Origin: Tubiluchus corallicola
Lineage: Eukaryota; Animalia; Priapulida
Direction of reading: 5' to 3'
DNA length: 64,000 nucleotides
NCBI GenBank assembly: GCA_030141605.1
Contig: JAQGDQ010000588.1
Span: 1-64,000, forward strand
The position numbers and the translations under genes are program-made. The notes below the pieces were generated by a model. It saw only the letters and a list, made by a program, of their open reading frames with translations, made no database searches and was not told the origin of the DNA. This document shows positions 51,985 to 64,000 of this stretch, in pieces (within the stretch, counting starts at the first letter, position 1; every line of letters starts with the position of its first letter).

Positions 51985-54639
51985 TATTTATTTATATCAT
52001 GTAGTGCCACAATTACTAGGAAAAAACTTTGTGCAACTTTGTAGAGCCAGTATTTAGCTATGTTTTGTTGCATTGACTACTAGAATTAATTGAATATTCA
52101 GAGTACTACTAGGATTGGTGGAATTTTTGTTTTGCAAATGCAAATAAAAGAAAAATCAAGACGATTTTGAAGCTTAATAATAAATTATCATTCATTTATG
52201 GTATTAAGCAAAGCCAATTATTTTACTGATAGTTTATATTAAATTGAGTCTACTCTATGAAATGTGGCAAAAGTCTTTAGACTTCGCAATGACTTCGAAA
52301 TAACTAAATGAATATCTCAGAAGGTAGAACATGTGCCAAAGTTGATACATTAACCATTTATGCCAGGAATATATCTCTCATTACTCTGTTCATTTTCCAT
52401 ATCATAAATTAGCATTTAATTGTCCCTTCTAAATCCCAAGCACCTGCTTAAAGAAATCAATTACTTAGCGTGTTCGGTTTATTTTACTGTTACCACTTAA
52501 ACATAGAAAATCATAGAAATGCAGCTTACAAAATGTTCATGCAAAAATATCATGGAATTATATGCCCAATTTTTTGTGAAATTACTTTTAACTGAAATTG
52601 ACAGTGCGCTGCTTTTCTCCAGTCGATGAATGATGTCATTGGTGGAAAAATGGGCCATCCAAAATGGAAGTGCCAGCATAAAATGATGGTGATTTTAAAG
52701 TGATTTTACTAATTACACGAGGTGCTTATCACACATTTATTACTATATCCTTCTAACATTTTTCGCAAACATTGAAATAAGCCAAACTTCCCTGAAGGCC
52801 TGGCTTTTCCTTTAAAGTGGAAAATTAATCCATTTCCTTAATACGGAAAATTAAAAGCCATTGTCATATTAGAGTTGTGACTTTCGACTCTGTCTCACTG
52901 CCAGAAGCAATCTTTGTCCAGCTAAATATCCTTTGAATTAATCTTATTTTACCAGCAGTATAATTGTTTGCCTATTTCAATAAATAAACTTTCGTGGTTT
53001 GATAGTACTCCGTGAAATATTCGTCTCATTTGATCTACATCATCAGAATCGGTATGGAAAAAGCTAGTAAGGGTACCCCGGTACAATAACTCCTTGCTCA
53101 TTGACATGCACTAATGCATGTTTCAAGAATATGTAGTGTCACGAGAATCATCATTAAATAAAGTCAAGCCTTTCATAGGAAAATGCAAAAAGTTTATCAA
53201 TTTAGGGGCAAAGATTGATAATGCAATAATCAGTTGTATAAATGCATTGCCTAAACTAATCGAAAGTCATTCAGTGAGGGATTACTGTATTTTAAAGATT
53301 CCATCGTACCAACATTTTACAATGCCTTAGGCTGATAGTTCTGTCCCGCCCATTTCTATTGTGAATTTAAGGTACTTTATGTAATGAGCAGATTAAACAA
53401 TTATTTGTAGTGTATTAGAAACACTATTAACTTAGTTTTTACGTGATCATTATTAATTACATGTATTTACATAGCGCTTATATTTAAGCAGGCTACGCAA
53501 CTGGTTGTTGTGTAATACCTTACACCTGTTCGTTATGTGGCGTTTATATAGAAGCTGCACACAGTAACTGCCTGTGGTGTGTTATAAAATGTGCCCCATA
53601 TAAAACACGAATATGAAAGTGTACACATTTTCCAAGGAGAATAAGAATTTTTTTAAATGTGACTCCCTCAAACTTAGGCACCTTAGACTATAGTCTACTT
53701 AGCCTATTGTTTAATATGCTCCTGAATCCAGTTTAAATTGTTTATGCAGAAAGTTAGCTCATAATGTCGTTTCCACTCCTTAGTGACTGCAGCTTAAGTA
53801 CTTTGAACCTAATAATTGACAAACAAAAGTTTTAATTCAATGACTAGGACTTAACCTCACAATTCATTCAAAAATATTTGAGTATTAATAAACCCACATT
53901 TAACGAAATATTCCAAATGACAAACTAAGTTTGGGCTGACAAATTGTCCTGTATTTTAACTAATAATCTTGACGAATTCATAATTAATTATGATAACTAC
54001 AAAGTCTTATACAGACTGTAATTCACTTGATAAGCTTAATTTTGGGAAAACTGGACATGACTTAGAACTTGTCTTAAATTATTACATCAGAATTCAAAAA
54101 TCTGAAAGTGATTCTGGTTATACTTTTATTTTAATGTTGGTGTAGCTTTGTAATATAATACCACCAAGCAGCACATTGTTAAATCAATTGTAGAAAAATT
54201 GCTGAAAAATCATTAACTTAGATGTGTGTGTTCTCCTCATAAAACTTTTTTCACAAGAGTGATGACACCACTTTAATGCTCAAGCTTTAACAGCTTCCAT
54301 ATTTAACTAGTTTTGCAGCTTATTTCATACTTTACATAACAAAATAATATTTTTGTAATTTACCTTTTCTAAGGAATCTCTTGTGTGCTAACACACTACA
54401 AGCAGTTTTAGTGACCTTCGTTCAGATTATCAGTGGATCAATACAGAATTTTTTCAAGCTCAGATTTAGCTAAGTCAGTGCTGATTAATAAAGCAGACCA
54501 TTTTAACTTTTGAGATACATAATGACAGCACTCTTTCGGTTTTTGTTAAAATATAGATGCACAAGGTTAAAATGTAGTCAAATTTTCAGAGATATTAATT
54601 GTAGTTTATTTTGTTTAGACTTTAGAGCAATATAAAAAG

Positions 54640-54937
54640 TCCTTCCGCGTGTTTCGCCTCACAGCGTACAGGTTACAGGCAAGTTCATGTGACGTCATCG
54701 GACTTTACTAGTTTTGGTGGGAAAGTTTCTACGTATTGAGTTTGCGCAATGAAAGAGCGGAAGTCGATGTAGCCCCGTAGCCCCGGTGTTTTCAAGTTTC
54801 AATTGTTTTGTCACAGCAAGCGGGTTTGCGATCGTGAGAGCGAGTTTGTTGTTTTTCAACAAAGACACGCTTCGTTGCTTTTAATTGCTCTCGTCAAATT
54901 TTGACGAGAATAAAAGACCTGCCCTAGTGAACTAGAA
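54640..54937 (+). promoter_or_regulatory. Putative promoter/5' UTR of the SAM-domain gene
   Basis: CpG-enriched. TGACGTCA (about 54690), TTGCGCAA (about 54742) and GCGGAAGT ETS site (about 54757) lie upstream of ATG 54938. Confidence 0.5.
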
Positions 54938-55896
54938 ATGACACACGTGCTGCATTTACCACCTACAGATGTAGTGCGATTCTGGAGCGCTTCGGATGTT
55001 GTTTCGTGGTTACAGGTTCGTTCAACTTTGTTTTTTTTTAGTATTGTTTTGTTTCATTGTTATGTTAGTAGTTTTAGTACACATAAATTTTAATTTTTTT
55101 GACTAAAGATATTTTAACAAAATGATAACTGAATCACTTGGTAAAATTAGATACCAATTACGAGGAGTTTAAATAAAATTAAATACGCAGTTCATGTATA
55201 AAGAACAGGAATTGGTTAGTACCTTTTATCATTTCATATGCAGCAGTTATACAATGACATAGCTTTAGTTATAGTTATGAAACTTAAAATGTTTCGTTGA
55301 TCTATTATACATGTAATTATTGTTGTAAAGTACTAACATCGGACTCGAGGCAAAACGCTATTCATTTGTATGTTTCTTGTTGTTACTATTCTTATTGGGG
55401 ATGGCCTTTTTGAAAAGCAAAGCCTAAGTGAATTTTCAATGGACCATTCCGAAATTTCGCACAAATATTCTAGATGGAATTCTGCATGGTCGGATTTTGG
55501 ATTTGCCATTTTGAATTCAGGCTGGAAGTAAAAGCATCAAAAGAAAAGACCCTAAGGCTTTGCTAATTTACAATAGATCGTTATGAATGTGTATCAGAAT
55601 GTGCTGGAACGAATTGCGTGTTTACTGACGGAGTCAGATTTTCGATCCCACTTTTGAATTTAAGATGGCAGCAATATCATTATCTTCGAGAAAAGCCTAA
55701 AGCTCCACCAATTTGCAGCGGATTGTCATAAATCGCTGCAAAGCGTACTTCTTATACTAGAATGAATTCTGCATTGATTAACAGAGTCAGATTTTCGAGT
55801 TGCCATCTTACATTTAAGATGGCCGCATTAGCAAACATATATGTCAGGAATATTAATGATATGAGTATATTACGTTAGTATAGAGGGCCAAGATTA

Positions 55897-55964
<68 letters not shown>

Positions 55965-58900
55965 GATTTACAATTCTATGTACCATTAACAGTCTATGAA
56001 GCACTCTCCTTTTACCAAGCAAGACTTATATTATAATATAAGTAATCAAAGCCAGAATCATACAGGGTACCTTTCGTTGCCTTACTGCACCACATAAGCA
56101 GCTCGTTTTTGAGATTTTTTCAATTGTATCAGATAAAAAGCTAGGAACATTCTGCAACACTACTTATGTTGGCATATTCTAAAACTAGTCTAGTCATTGA
56201 TTTTATATCTTTGGCAAAAATTACATCAACTCGGTAATTACTAATCAGACAACACTTTATTACTTCAAATTTTATGAATGATACGTAAACTATGAAATTA
56301 TCACAGTATTCTAGTTTCCAAATTTTTACACGTGTTTCTTTTGTTCCAAGCATTACTGAGTAACTCAGATATGTATGTATATATACTGGACAGCATTTTT
56401 AAGGTTATGGTACTTTTGAAACTGTCAGCACTTGATGAGTTGTAACAGAGATTTTTGTATTCGTGCTAGCTCTGGTTATAATTAACAGATAAGTTTGGCC
56501 AATTTCCAAAATCCTTGTTTTGATTTTTATTTACTATATTATATAAATTTATTACTCACTGTTTGTGTCATAGGTAGCCTTGAAAATTAAAGGTAAATGT
56601 CACCTCAGAGAGGGCCCGACAAAATCGCCTAATAGTGCAGTAAAAATAAGGTTTGGTCTGGACAAAAATAGTGAGTGGCTGAATTTTTGCACAGACTTCC
56701 CAGAAAGTCATCCAGAACAACATATTAAAAATCCCCATATTAAAAACCCCCACCTTGGTGAAAAAAGTTATGGGTTTAAATTCAAAATAGCTGCCAATGC
56801 AGCACGAAAGTCAAAATAACACAACTTACACAGGTTACATGAACTGCGTAGCTACGTCAAATTGGTATTGTAAGATCAAAAAAGTTCTACAACTATCAGA
56901 GCGTGTTGCATATTGTCATGTGTTCGTGTGCCTTTGTGTGCACCTCCAGGCCATGATCTGGAAAAAACTTTCAGCGCCTATAACTTATGATCCCAAAGAG
57001 TGGGGTTATGAATATGAAAGTGGCAAGTTTTTGCCAATTATGCCTGACAGTGCTCCTGCTTGTACGACTGCATGCTCTTGCTGATGGTTTGTACTGTATG
57101 GCAGCTTGTCACAGGCAGACTTGCCAAAACAAAGAGGAACTGATTGATGGTATATCTGAGAATGACGATACTCATACAGATAATGACTTACAGAGTATAG
57201 ACATACTTGTGGTTGCTATGTGTTATGGACAACCATAACTGTAAGTAAGCAAGTATATGCTCTTTTTTATCAGCTGGTAATATACATTTATGCTGACTTA
57301 AATGCACCTAGTTGAAATATTTTGACTTAAGTGTTGTGTTAGCAGCCATTTTGAATGGCCTTGACCTTGAATGACTCTGAAGCACTCCGATGGGCATGTC
57401 TATATCAGCTAGTAATACATTTATGCCATCTTAAGTGTCATCTAGTTGTGTTATTTTGACGTTAATGCTGCATTGGTGGCCACGTTGATTTTAAAGCCCC
57501 ATAACTTTTTCCCCAGGGTGGGTTTATGAAGGATTTTTAATATGCTGTTCCAGATAAACTTCTAGGTGTCTGTGCAAAAATTTAGAAATACACTATTGTT
57601 GTCCAGGTCATGCATTTTTTAGGCTAATTTGACTGGATTATAATTTGAACAGCAAGTTTATCATTGTCGTCACATTATCATCATCATCATCATATTCATT
57701 TCACCAGCACTATCATTAAGTGCATCGTCTTTATTATCGTCATCATCATCATCTTTACCTTCATAACTATCATCATTATCAACCACGACACAAATATGAA
57801 ACAGAACAGCAGCAAGGCCTGCAGAGCCTTAGTGGTGTACATTGATGAATCATACTTTAGGCAATTGCATGTTTGAATAGTTGCGTTATTGTCGTCACCA
57901 TCATTTTTCATTTGTCACTAATGAGTAATAGCAATAATGATGAGAAAATAAGGAGAAAGGCAAACATATACACGGCAACACTGCCAGCAACGAGAAAGAC
58001 AAACAAACATGCACAACAATGCTACCAGCAACAAAATCAATTTACAACAAGATCAGCAGCCACAACGGCAATAGAGCAACTGCAACAACTGAATGACAGA
58101 TGTTGTATTAATTAGTTAATTATTATTAATTATTTATTAATCATTTTTTAATATATTGGTCTGCATTTGAAAGGAAAAAGCCCTGCAAAAATTGCTCAAA
58201 ATAGATAACAATAATATGTTGATATCACTGGAATGCGCGATCATTTTTCTTAACTTGATTAACTTAACTTAGTTTACTTTGCTTTAATAGTTTAATAATG
58301 GTAATAAGCTAACAAGATGTCAAGTTCTCCTTAATCTATGTAATGGTTTATCGCATGACAGTTTCTGGAACAGTTTCACAATTTCTGAAAGGCAAAGAGA
58401 ATGGGTGTTCCATATAGTTTGTATTTGAATGTATGTAATAGGATGTATTTAAAGTACATGTACTACATCTTCCCATTTCTTTCAGTGGACATCTCTTTAA
58501 ACGAAACATTCACACATTTGTTTTTGTGGATCGTTTCCGTCTTTTTCCCAGAGTGTGCTTATTTTTTCGAGACATCCAAATGCATAAAAAATACATTGAT
58601 ACTTCTTGTAGGTTGTTTATTTAGTTTAACCAACCGTTACCAGCGTGCCAGACAACTAATTTTTGCAAATGTGCGCTGTTAATGGCCATAACAGTATAGT
58701 AGGAAAGCTGCAAACATTACATTATTCAGCAAGCCAGCTATGGGCACGGACATTTGAAGTAGCATAGTTGGAATTTCCAAATTAGGTTATTGCTCATACA
58801 GGAACATTGTCGTATTAATCAAGGTCCATGTTGCTGTAAAGGCTATTAAAAACTGATCCCATGCAGATTCCAGATTTATACCGACAAGCTGATATGCACT

Positions 58901-61900
58901 TGGTTACTAGGAACCTTATCACTCTTTTGTGTATTGGAAAGCTGCCCATGTTTATTCTGAACTGTCCTAACTCATTGGTAACAATCGATCCCAAACCGCT
59001 GATACAAATATTTACGGACCAGTTCTTTGAAAACACCAAAAACCCCAGGCTTTGCTACAAGATAAAAAAAATCTTATATAGTGAAGATCCGCTTCCTGAC
59101 ACTTTTGTAAACGAATGTACATGATGAAGTCAGGGAAAGCCCACCTAGGGACGTCCTATTTTCATGGTTTGACGTTCCCACTGTGTTATTCTTACCACGA
59201 GTGGCCACTAGCTTTGCTTGGAGTAGTTATATAAAAAATACTACTCTTGTATTGCTTATCATACGTTTAATGTATGTATTACATACATTACGAATTTGTG
59301 TAGTATTTAACTCATTGTGCATTCATGCATCATTGTTAGAAAGTAGTGCCCGATGTGTAACTCTGTGATTAATAGAATGATATAGGTGGCTTTAATTAAC
59401 ATATTTTTTCTAAATTTATATCTATCTTGTCTTTGAGTTCTTCATCTGAAGTTATACTAGCATTGTCAGCATTGTGTCGTTTTCAGGTTCAACTTTATCA
59501 ATTTATGCTGCACTTGCATGGAATCGTTGGCATTTTTGTGAAACTTATCATCATTATTTTTTGTTTACTTTTATACTGATGCTCAGCTGATGCAGTTTCA
59601 CAGTTAGTAAAATTAGTGTTTACTATGAAGTCTACATTATTAGAAATTCTGGTTTGCAAGTAGTTAAAATTCGTCATTCTTTGTCATAATATTGCAGTCA
59701 GCTTTGTTGTTCCTAAATCTTAGCTTTAACAGAAATTATGCAACCAGTGAGAATATTATCATTAGTATTTATTGACGACTAGCATCGGTCACTTTAAACA
59801 TTTCAAGATTTTACTTATAAGCCGTCATCAGCAAAAAATACGTCAGAAGTAAATACAAATAATAGAAATAGTAATTCAACAATTTAATAATAATTTATTA
59901 GCTTCAATCCATAAAAATACTCTAGGGCTTTACAATTAGTAATTGATAAAAGAGTGAATAAAAAATACATCATGAATGGAATTAAAATTATACATTACAA
60001 TAAAAGTAGCAGCAAAGTGAAATAATTCATACAATACAATTCTGCAAATAAAATTTAAGACAATGTAAATCCAATTAAATTAATTTTATTTTATAATTAA
60101 GGGTTAAAAGCTTTTTGAAATAAAAAAGTTTTGAGGCTTCTTTCGAAAATAAATGGCTTCTTTCGACTCTGACTGTCGTATGTGAATTGGTATTTTATTT
60201 CACAGTAGAGGAGCGGTGAACGGGAATGACCATCCTTTACAAGTGACTAGCTTTATTCTAGGTTGGACCAAGTTCACTGAATTTGCTGAGCTTAAACTAC
60301 TTTTGAAATACTACTACAAAATTAACTCCTGATATTAACAGGAAATCAGAATTAAAATTCTTAGAATTAGTAGAATTAGAAATACCTTTGGCTGCTCAAA
60401 GTTACAATTGAACAGCAAATATACCACTCATTAGACCAAACAACCAAATGTGAAATCTTTATTTAATATTGCTATAACCTGCAAAAGCATGAAATGTCCA
60501 GTGACAATAAGCCAAGCTACAATCACGAAACAACTTGTTATAGCGCTTACATTTAATGACTTGTACATTAAGCATTGTTATTATTGGCTTTATCACCATC
60601 ATTCTAATCATCATCGTCCCTATTATAACCTTTGATTATTAATATCAAATGTACCAGAAGGAGAAGGATTAGCTATCGAAGTAGCAGTTTCTTGATTCAT
60701 ATGAATGGGACCTGCAGTTTTATTTCATTAATCTGACAACAAAATTCCTTTTTCCTGGATAGCAGCATAGATTTTTTCCAAGACCTCCATTTTTGCTGTA
60801 TTTATTTCGTTGATGACAGCATCACGGGCTTTTTGCAAAGATTCAGTCGATGGCTCTGAACTAATTTCAATTGCCTCAATAGCTTGTATTGGTACATTGT
60901 GTCCAGCTTCCTTAAGTATCCGATACCTATCCGTATCTGTTACCAGTGTGTCCTACAATGAAAAGTCACAAACCTACAATGTCTGTGTCAGAATGGACTT
61001 CATATCTTGTTTAGCTCAATTGCAGAGTAAGACTGATTTACACTTTTCAGAGAAAAATTAGTTAGACTATTGTTAGCAATTTTTTAGCTCGCTATGCAAA
61101 TCTGCTAGAGCTATTATTTGATTCTTGAATTTAACAATCTATTTTGTTTCATCTTAAAATTGTAATCGTGAGGTAGTTGTAAAATTTCACATTTTCAGCT
61201 GCGTGAGTCTAATCAGTAGCAGTATGATTGAGTGATTGCTAAAATGACATAGATCTACTACTAATGTCATCGTGTTTTTGTCTGAAATTTTCGAGTCGAT
61301 TCGAATTTAGCTTATTTGGCATTTAACTCGTTTTAGCATGCAATGATGCAATAATAATAATAATTAACTCAGCTTACCTGAGCTTTGGTGCAGATTAGCT
61401 GCTTCATCAATCCTAACAATAATATTGAAAATACAAAATTTGATAACATTTTTATATGATCTTATGGGCGTTCTAGCAAACTACCAGACCTTATTTTGTA
61501 GTTGTCCTCTTTCAGGCTCAGCAAACTAATGAAAATGTGTTCACGGTAACAGCTTGATGTGTGACTAATGTGCGGGACAGTGATATTTATTGATGAAGAA
61601 CTTCTGTTGTTAGTAATTGTATTACTTAATAGACGTAGCAGATGCTGTTGTCAAAGCAATATTGAATCACCAATGAGGCATTTGAGTTGGTAATTCTGGA
61701 TTTTTGGTGTGCCATGTCTTGTTAATTTCTCTGTTTTAGGCTTTTGGTTGCACAAGCACAAACATTCGTGTATTTGAATGCCAGTAGTAATATTATTTTT
61801 ATGGTGATGACAGCCCATGGGTAAATTTAATTATAAATGCATATTTCACTTACCTATTGCAGTCCCTTACCTTGATTGACCACTGTCTTTTTTTGGGGCA

Positions 61901-62928
61901 ATTCGTATAAAGATGTTGTTAGGTAGACCTGGATCAGGTCTCAGCTTTAGGATTTCATAGCAGACTTACAATGAATCTGTGAGGATCGTGAAAGAGATGA
62001 GTGGCTTAGGAATAGTATTCTTACTTTGTATGGAGGTGATTTTTGCTTAAGTTCCCATGCAAGTCATACTGAAAATACTTACAATAAATGTTGCTTTTAG
62101 TTCTTCATCTATTCTTGTGTTGCGCTAGTGGTATAATTACTGATTTCATGGTTGTATTGCTGTGACTGCATTAAAATTAATTTCAGCATTGTTAACTAAA
62201 TTTAAACAACATTTTGGTATGGTTATGTGGATGTATGAGAAAGCAAATTTTGGTGGTCGAATCATGACCATAAACTTATGGTCAATGTTGAAATTTAAGG
62301 GGACTGTCTCTACAACTTGATGTGCAGATGATAGTTTATTAATATCTGCAATTTTTTTTTACCATGTTGTCTAGTTTTAAGTTTAACATTTTCTTAATGT
62401 TGTGTTTTTCAACGTTTGCAAGTAAGTTGGTAAAATTTACTGAAAAATTAAAGTGGTCAAATTTTTAGGAGTTTTCATTTTAACATTTAAACAAATTTCC
62501 TAAATCTTACCAGCACAGTGAATCACGAGTAAAACACTCAGTTATTTAAAACAATGTTTAATAACTGATTTTTTTGTTTTTTATTCTACCCTTTTGTTAC
62601 ATTCGAAAAATGATTTATGCAAATAAGTGAAAGCTAGCAAGTGACCTATTTTCTTTCACCTGAGAGATTTGCAACCTTGATTTGTTTGCAAAGAAGATTG
62701 TTTCCAAGTGAATGATGTGGCCATGCATAAGCGTACATACTGCCCAGTGTATTATAAGTAAACTGTTTGTTCATCACTATATTTGAGTTTCCAGCAACAT
62801 GTATTACGTACATTTGCGTACCTGCTTTTTCCTGTACTTAACATCAACATTTCGTCTGTTTCCAGAGCAACTGCCCGGCAGCGGTTCATGCTTTTCGTCA
62901 TCGAAATATTGACGGACAGAAGTTTTTG
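54938..62928 (+). CDS. SAM-domain protein, SLP-76/LCP2-family-like; exons 54938-55015 and 62866-62928; gene continues beyond window
   Basis: Exon 1 MTHVLHLPPTDVVRFWSASDVVSWLQ|GTTCGT (78 bp) and exon 2 after TTTCCAG, SNCPAAVHAFRHRNIDGQKFL|GTGAGT (63 bp), both phase 0. Together they give the SAM signature W...DV..WL ... F....IDG..FL. Confidence 0.75.
55340..55897. repeat. Probable non-autonomous repeat with internal subrepeats
   Basis: Three imperfect units with CAGATTTTCGA / GCCATTTTGAATT / AAGATGGC motifs, ending at a CA microsatellite. Confidence 0.4.
55898..55961. repeat. (CA)n microsatellite
   Basis: Pure CA run. Confidence 0.97.
56611..57640 (+). mobile_element. Internally deleted Academ-type DNA transposon
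   Basis: About 190-bp imperfect TIRs (56611-56805 vs 57467-57640; shared CTGGACAA.AATAGTG, TTTTTGCACAGAC, AAAAAGTTATGG). Internal relic HLQAMIWKK...DPKEWGY...LPIMPDSAPA followed by a Cys-rich tail. Confidence 0.7.
57660..57790. repeat. Degenerate (ATC)n microsatellite
   Basis: CATCATCAT runs. Confidence 0.8.
58690..59140 (+). mobile_element. Gypsy-type LTR retrotransposon pol relic (RNase H region)
   Basis: LLIQEHC..PCCCK..ADSRF and MFILNCPNSLVTIDPKPLIQIFTDQFFENTKNPRL resemble the xTDHKPL...NPRL RNase H motif. Confidence 0.65.
59890..60360 (-). mobile_element. Degenerate L2-like LINE 3' end
   Basis: Minus strand reads SFPFTAPLL*NKIPIHIRQSES (cf. FS.AAP.LWN.LP..IR), followed by a GTAAAGCCCTAGAG...AATAAA tail. 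Confidence 0.45.
60728..62831 (-). pseudogene. Candidate antisense multi-exon gene or pseudogene of unknown family; exons about 62831-62660, 61976-61871, 61412-61378, 60952-60728
   Basis: Canonical AG/GT boundaries (GTGAAA, GTAAGG, GTAAGC donors) and a 74-codon last exon. A continuous frame requires one in-frame TAA and one -1 correction in an A7 run. Confidence 0.4.
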
Positions 62929-63136
62929 GTGAGTTTGACCTGTTTGAGGCAGAATGCGTTCCTAGGTATTCTTGATGTGCTGCAGTTATTTAGTCAATTT
63001 GAATAATGGCCTTTGTGTGACATGAAACATATTTTGGCCGTACACGTGTACTCCTTAGTGTTCGGCCATGGATGTCTGGCAGCCAAAGTGTCTTTATTAA
63101 TTTCTTGTAGTAAGTAAGATAAAATGAGACAGATTC

Positions 63137-63600
63137 GGTGAGGTGCTGTGAGGTATGATGAGATAAGGTGAGGTGAGGTAAGAGAAGATAAGATAAAATA
63201 AGAAACTATTTAAAACTCTGTGACCCTTAAACGGGTATGAAATTTACCCTCTTTACGTGAGTGCCAAGTATAGAACAAGGTGTTGATAATTTACAACACA
63301 AATTAAAACACAACAACAAAACTACAATAAAAAGAAATTAAGTAAAAACATGGTTACTTAGAATTTATTAAAGCAGATTTTTAAAAACACTTGTAACACT
63401 AAGCTTTAACAAACTATTAAAAGATTTCAGGTTCACGAAAGTATAATCAATGAATGGTATTGTAACACATACCTTGCTGCATTTTATAAGATTTTTTCCT
63501 AATTTCTCTCTGCAAACAATACACTAGTTAATCACCTAAGCAGTAAATTAATACACTTCTAGTTGGCAGAAATTGTTGTAGCTTCGTTGAATAATGGTCT
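63137..63600 (-). mobile_element. Possible degenerate LINE 3' end with pentanucleotide-repeat tail
   Basis: GAGGT/GATAA pentamer tract at 63137-63202 next to minus-strand FREPEIFNSL-like residues. Confidence 0.3.
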
Positions 63601-64000
63601 TTATCTTATTTGAATCTGCTTCTCTTTACTGATAAGACACGTTTTGAAAACAGAAAGTAGCTTTTTGACATAAAAAACTTATTAAGCAGTGGCAGTTGAC
63701 TTAGTAGGTAAGCTTCCGAGGAAAAAGTACATAGGCCCATTGATTTTTCGTTTTTCGTCCATAAAATGTTATTATAAACTTATAAAGGGACTGTACTTGT
63801 TTTTTTATGTGTTTAAATTAATATAGTTTGATCAAAAGCATAATGCAGTTGTCATCCAGGTTGTTTAGTGTAATTATTGTTTCAATCCACTTTGAAGCAA
63901 AATTTTTAATAGTGTGGAGTTCAAATGGGTTCAAAGGTCAAAATCGAGGAATTATTTAAAGGTACCTTTTCCAGTATTTGTAGTTTTTTAGTGGTAGGAT

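Noticed and set aside
52500-53330. Locally coding-like composition downstream of UBAP1
   Set aside because: Probably a very old LINE relic, but I could not fix the strand or any diagnostic motif.
57664-58115. His/Ile- and Gln-rich short ORFs
   Set aside because: Low-complexity (ATC)n and (CAA)n sequence with no splice or domain support.

Overview
AT-rich, intron-containing animal genomic DNA, most likely a non-vertebrate (inferred from gene structure and transposon content). No prokaryotic features. Manual splice reconstruction gives six host genes. (1) ACBD6 first coding exon (minus strand), with a nearly intact CR1/L2-group LINE lying antisense in its intron. (2) A secreted coiled-coil/C-type lectin (minus). 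(3) A 3-exon Not homeobox gene. (4) A small 2-exon 92-aa gene, only partly captured by the ORF track, that aligns with the synaptonemal-complex protein SYCE3. (5) A 9-coding-exon UBAP1 (ESCRT-I). (6) The first two exons of a SAM-domain gene resembling SLP-76/LCP2. Interspersed are hAT and Tc1/pogo MITEs with target-site duplications, Academ-type relics, LINE and Gypsy relics and microsatellites. The most interesting observations are the SYCE3-like gene, the SLP-76-like gene linked to Not, a bidirectional promoter-like cassette bracketed by inverted repeats, a cryptic antisense multi-exon gene inside the SAM-gene intron, and a highly structured short retro-insertion. All homology calls rest on by-eye comparison with remembered sequences; no searches were run.
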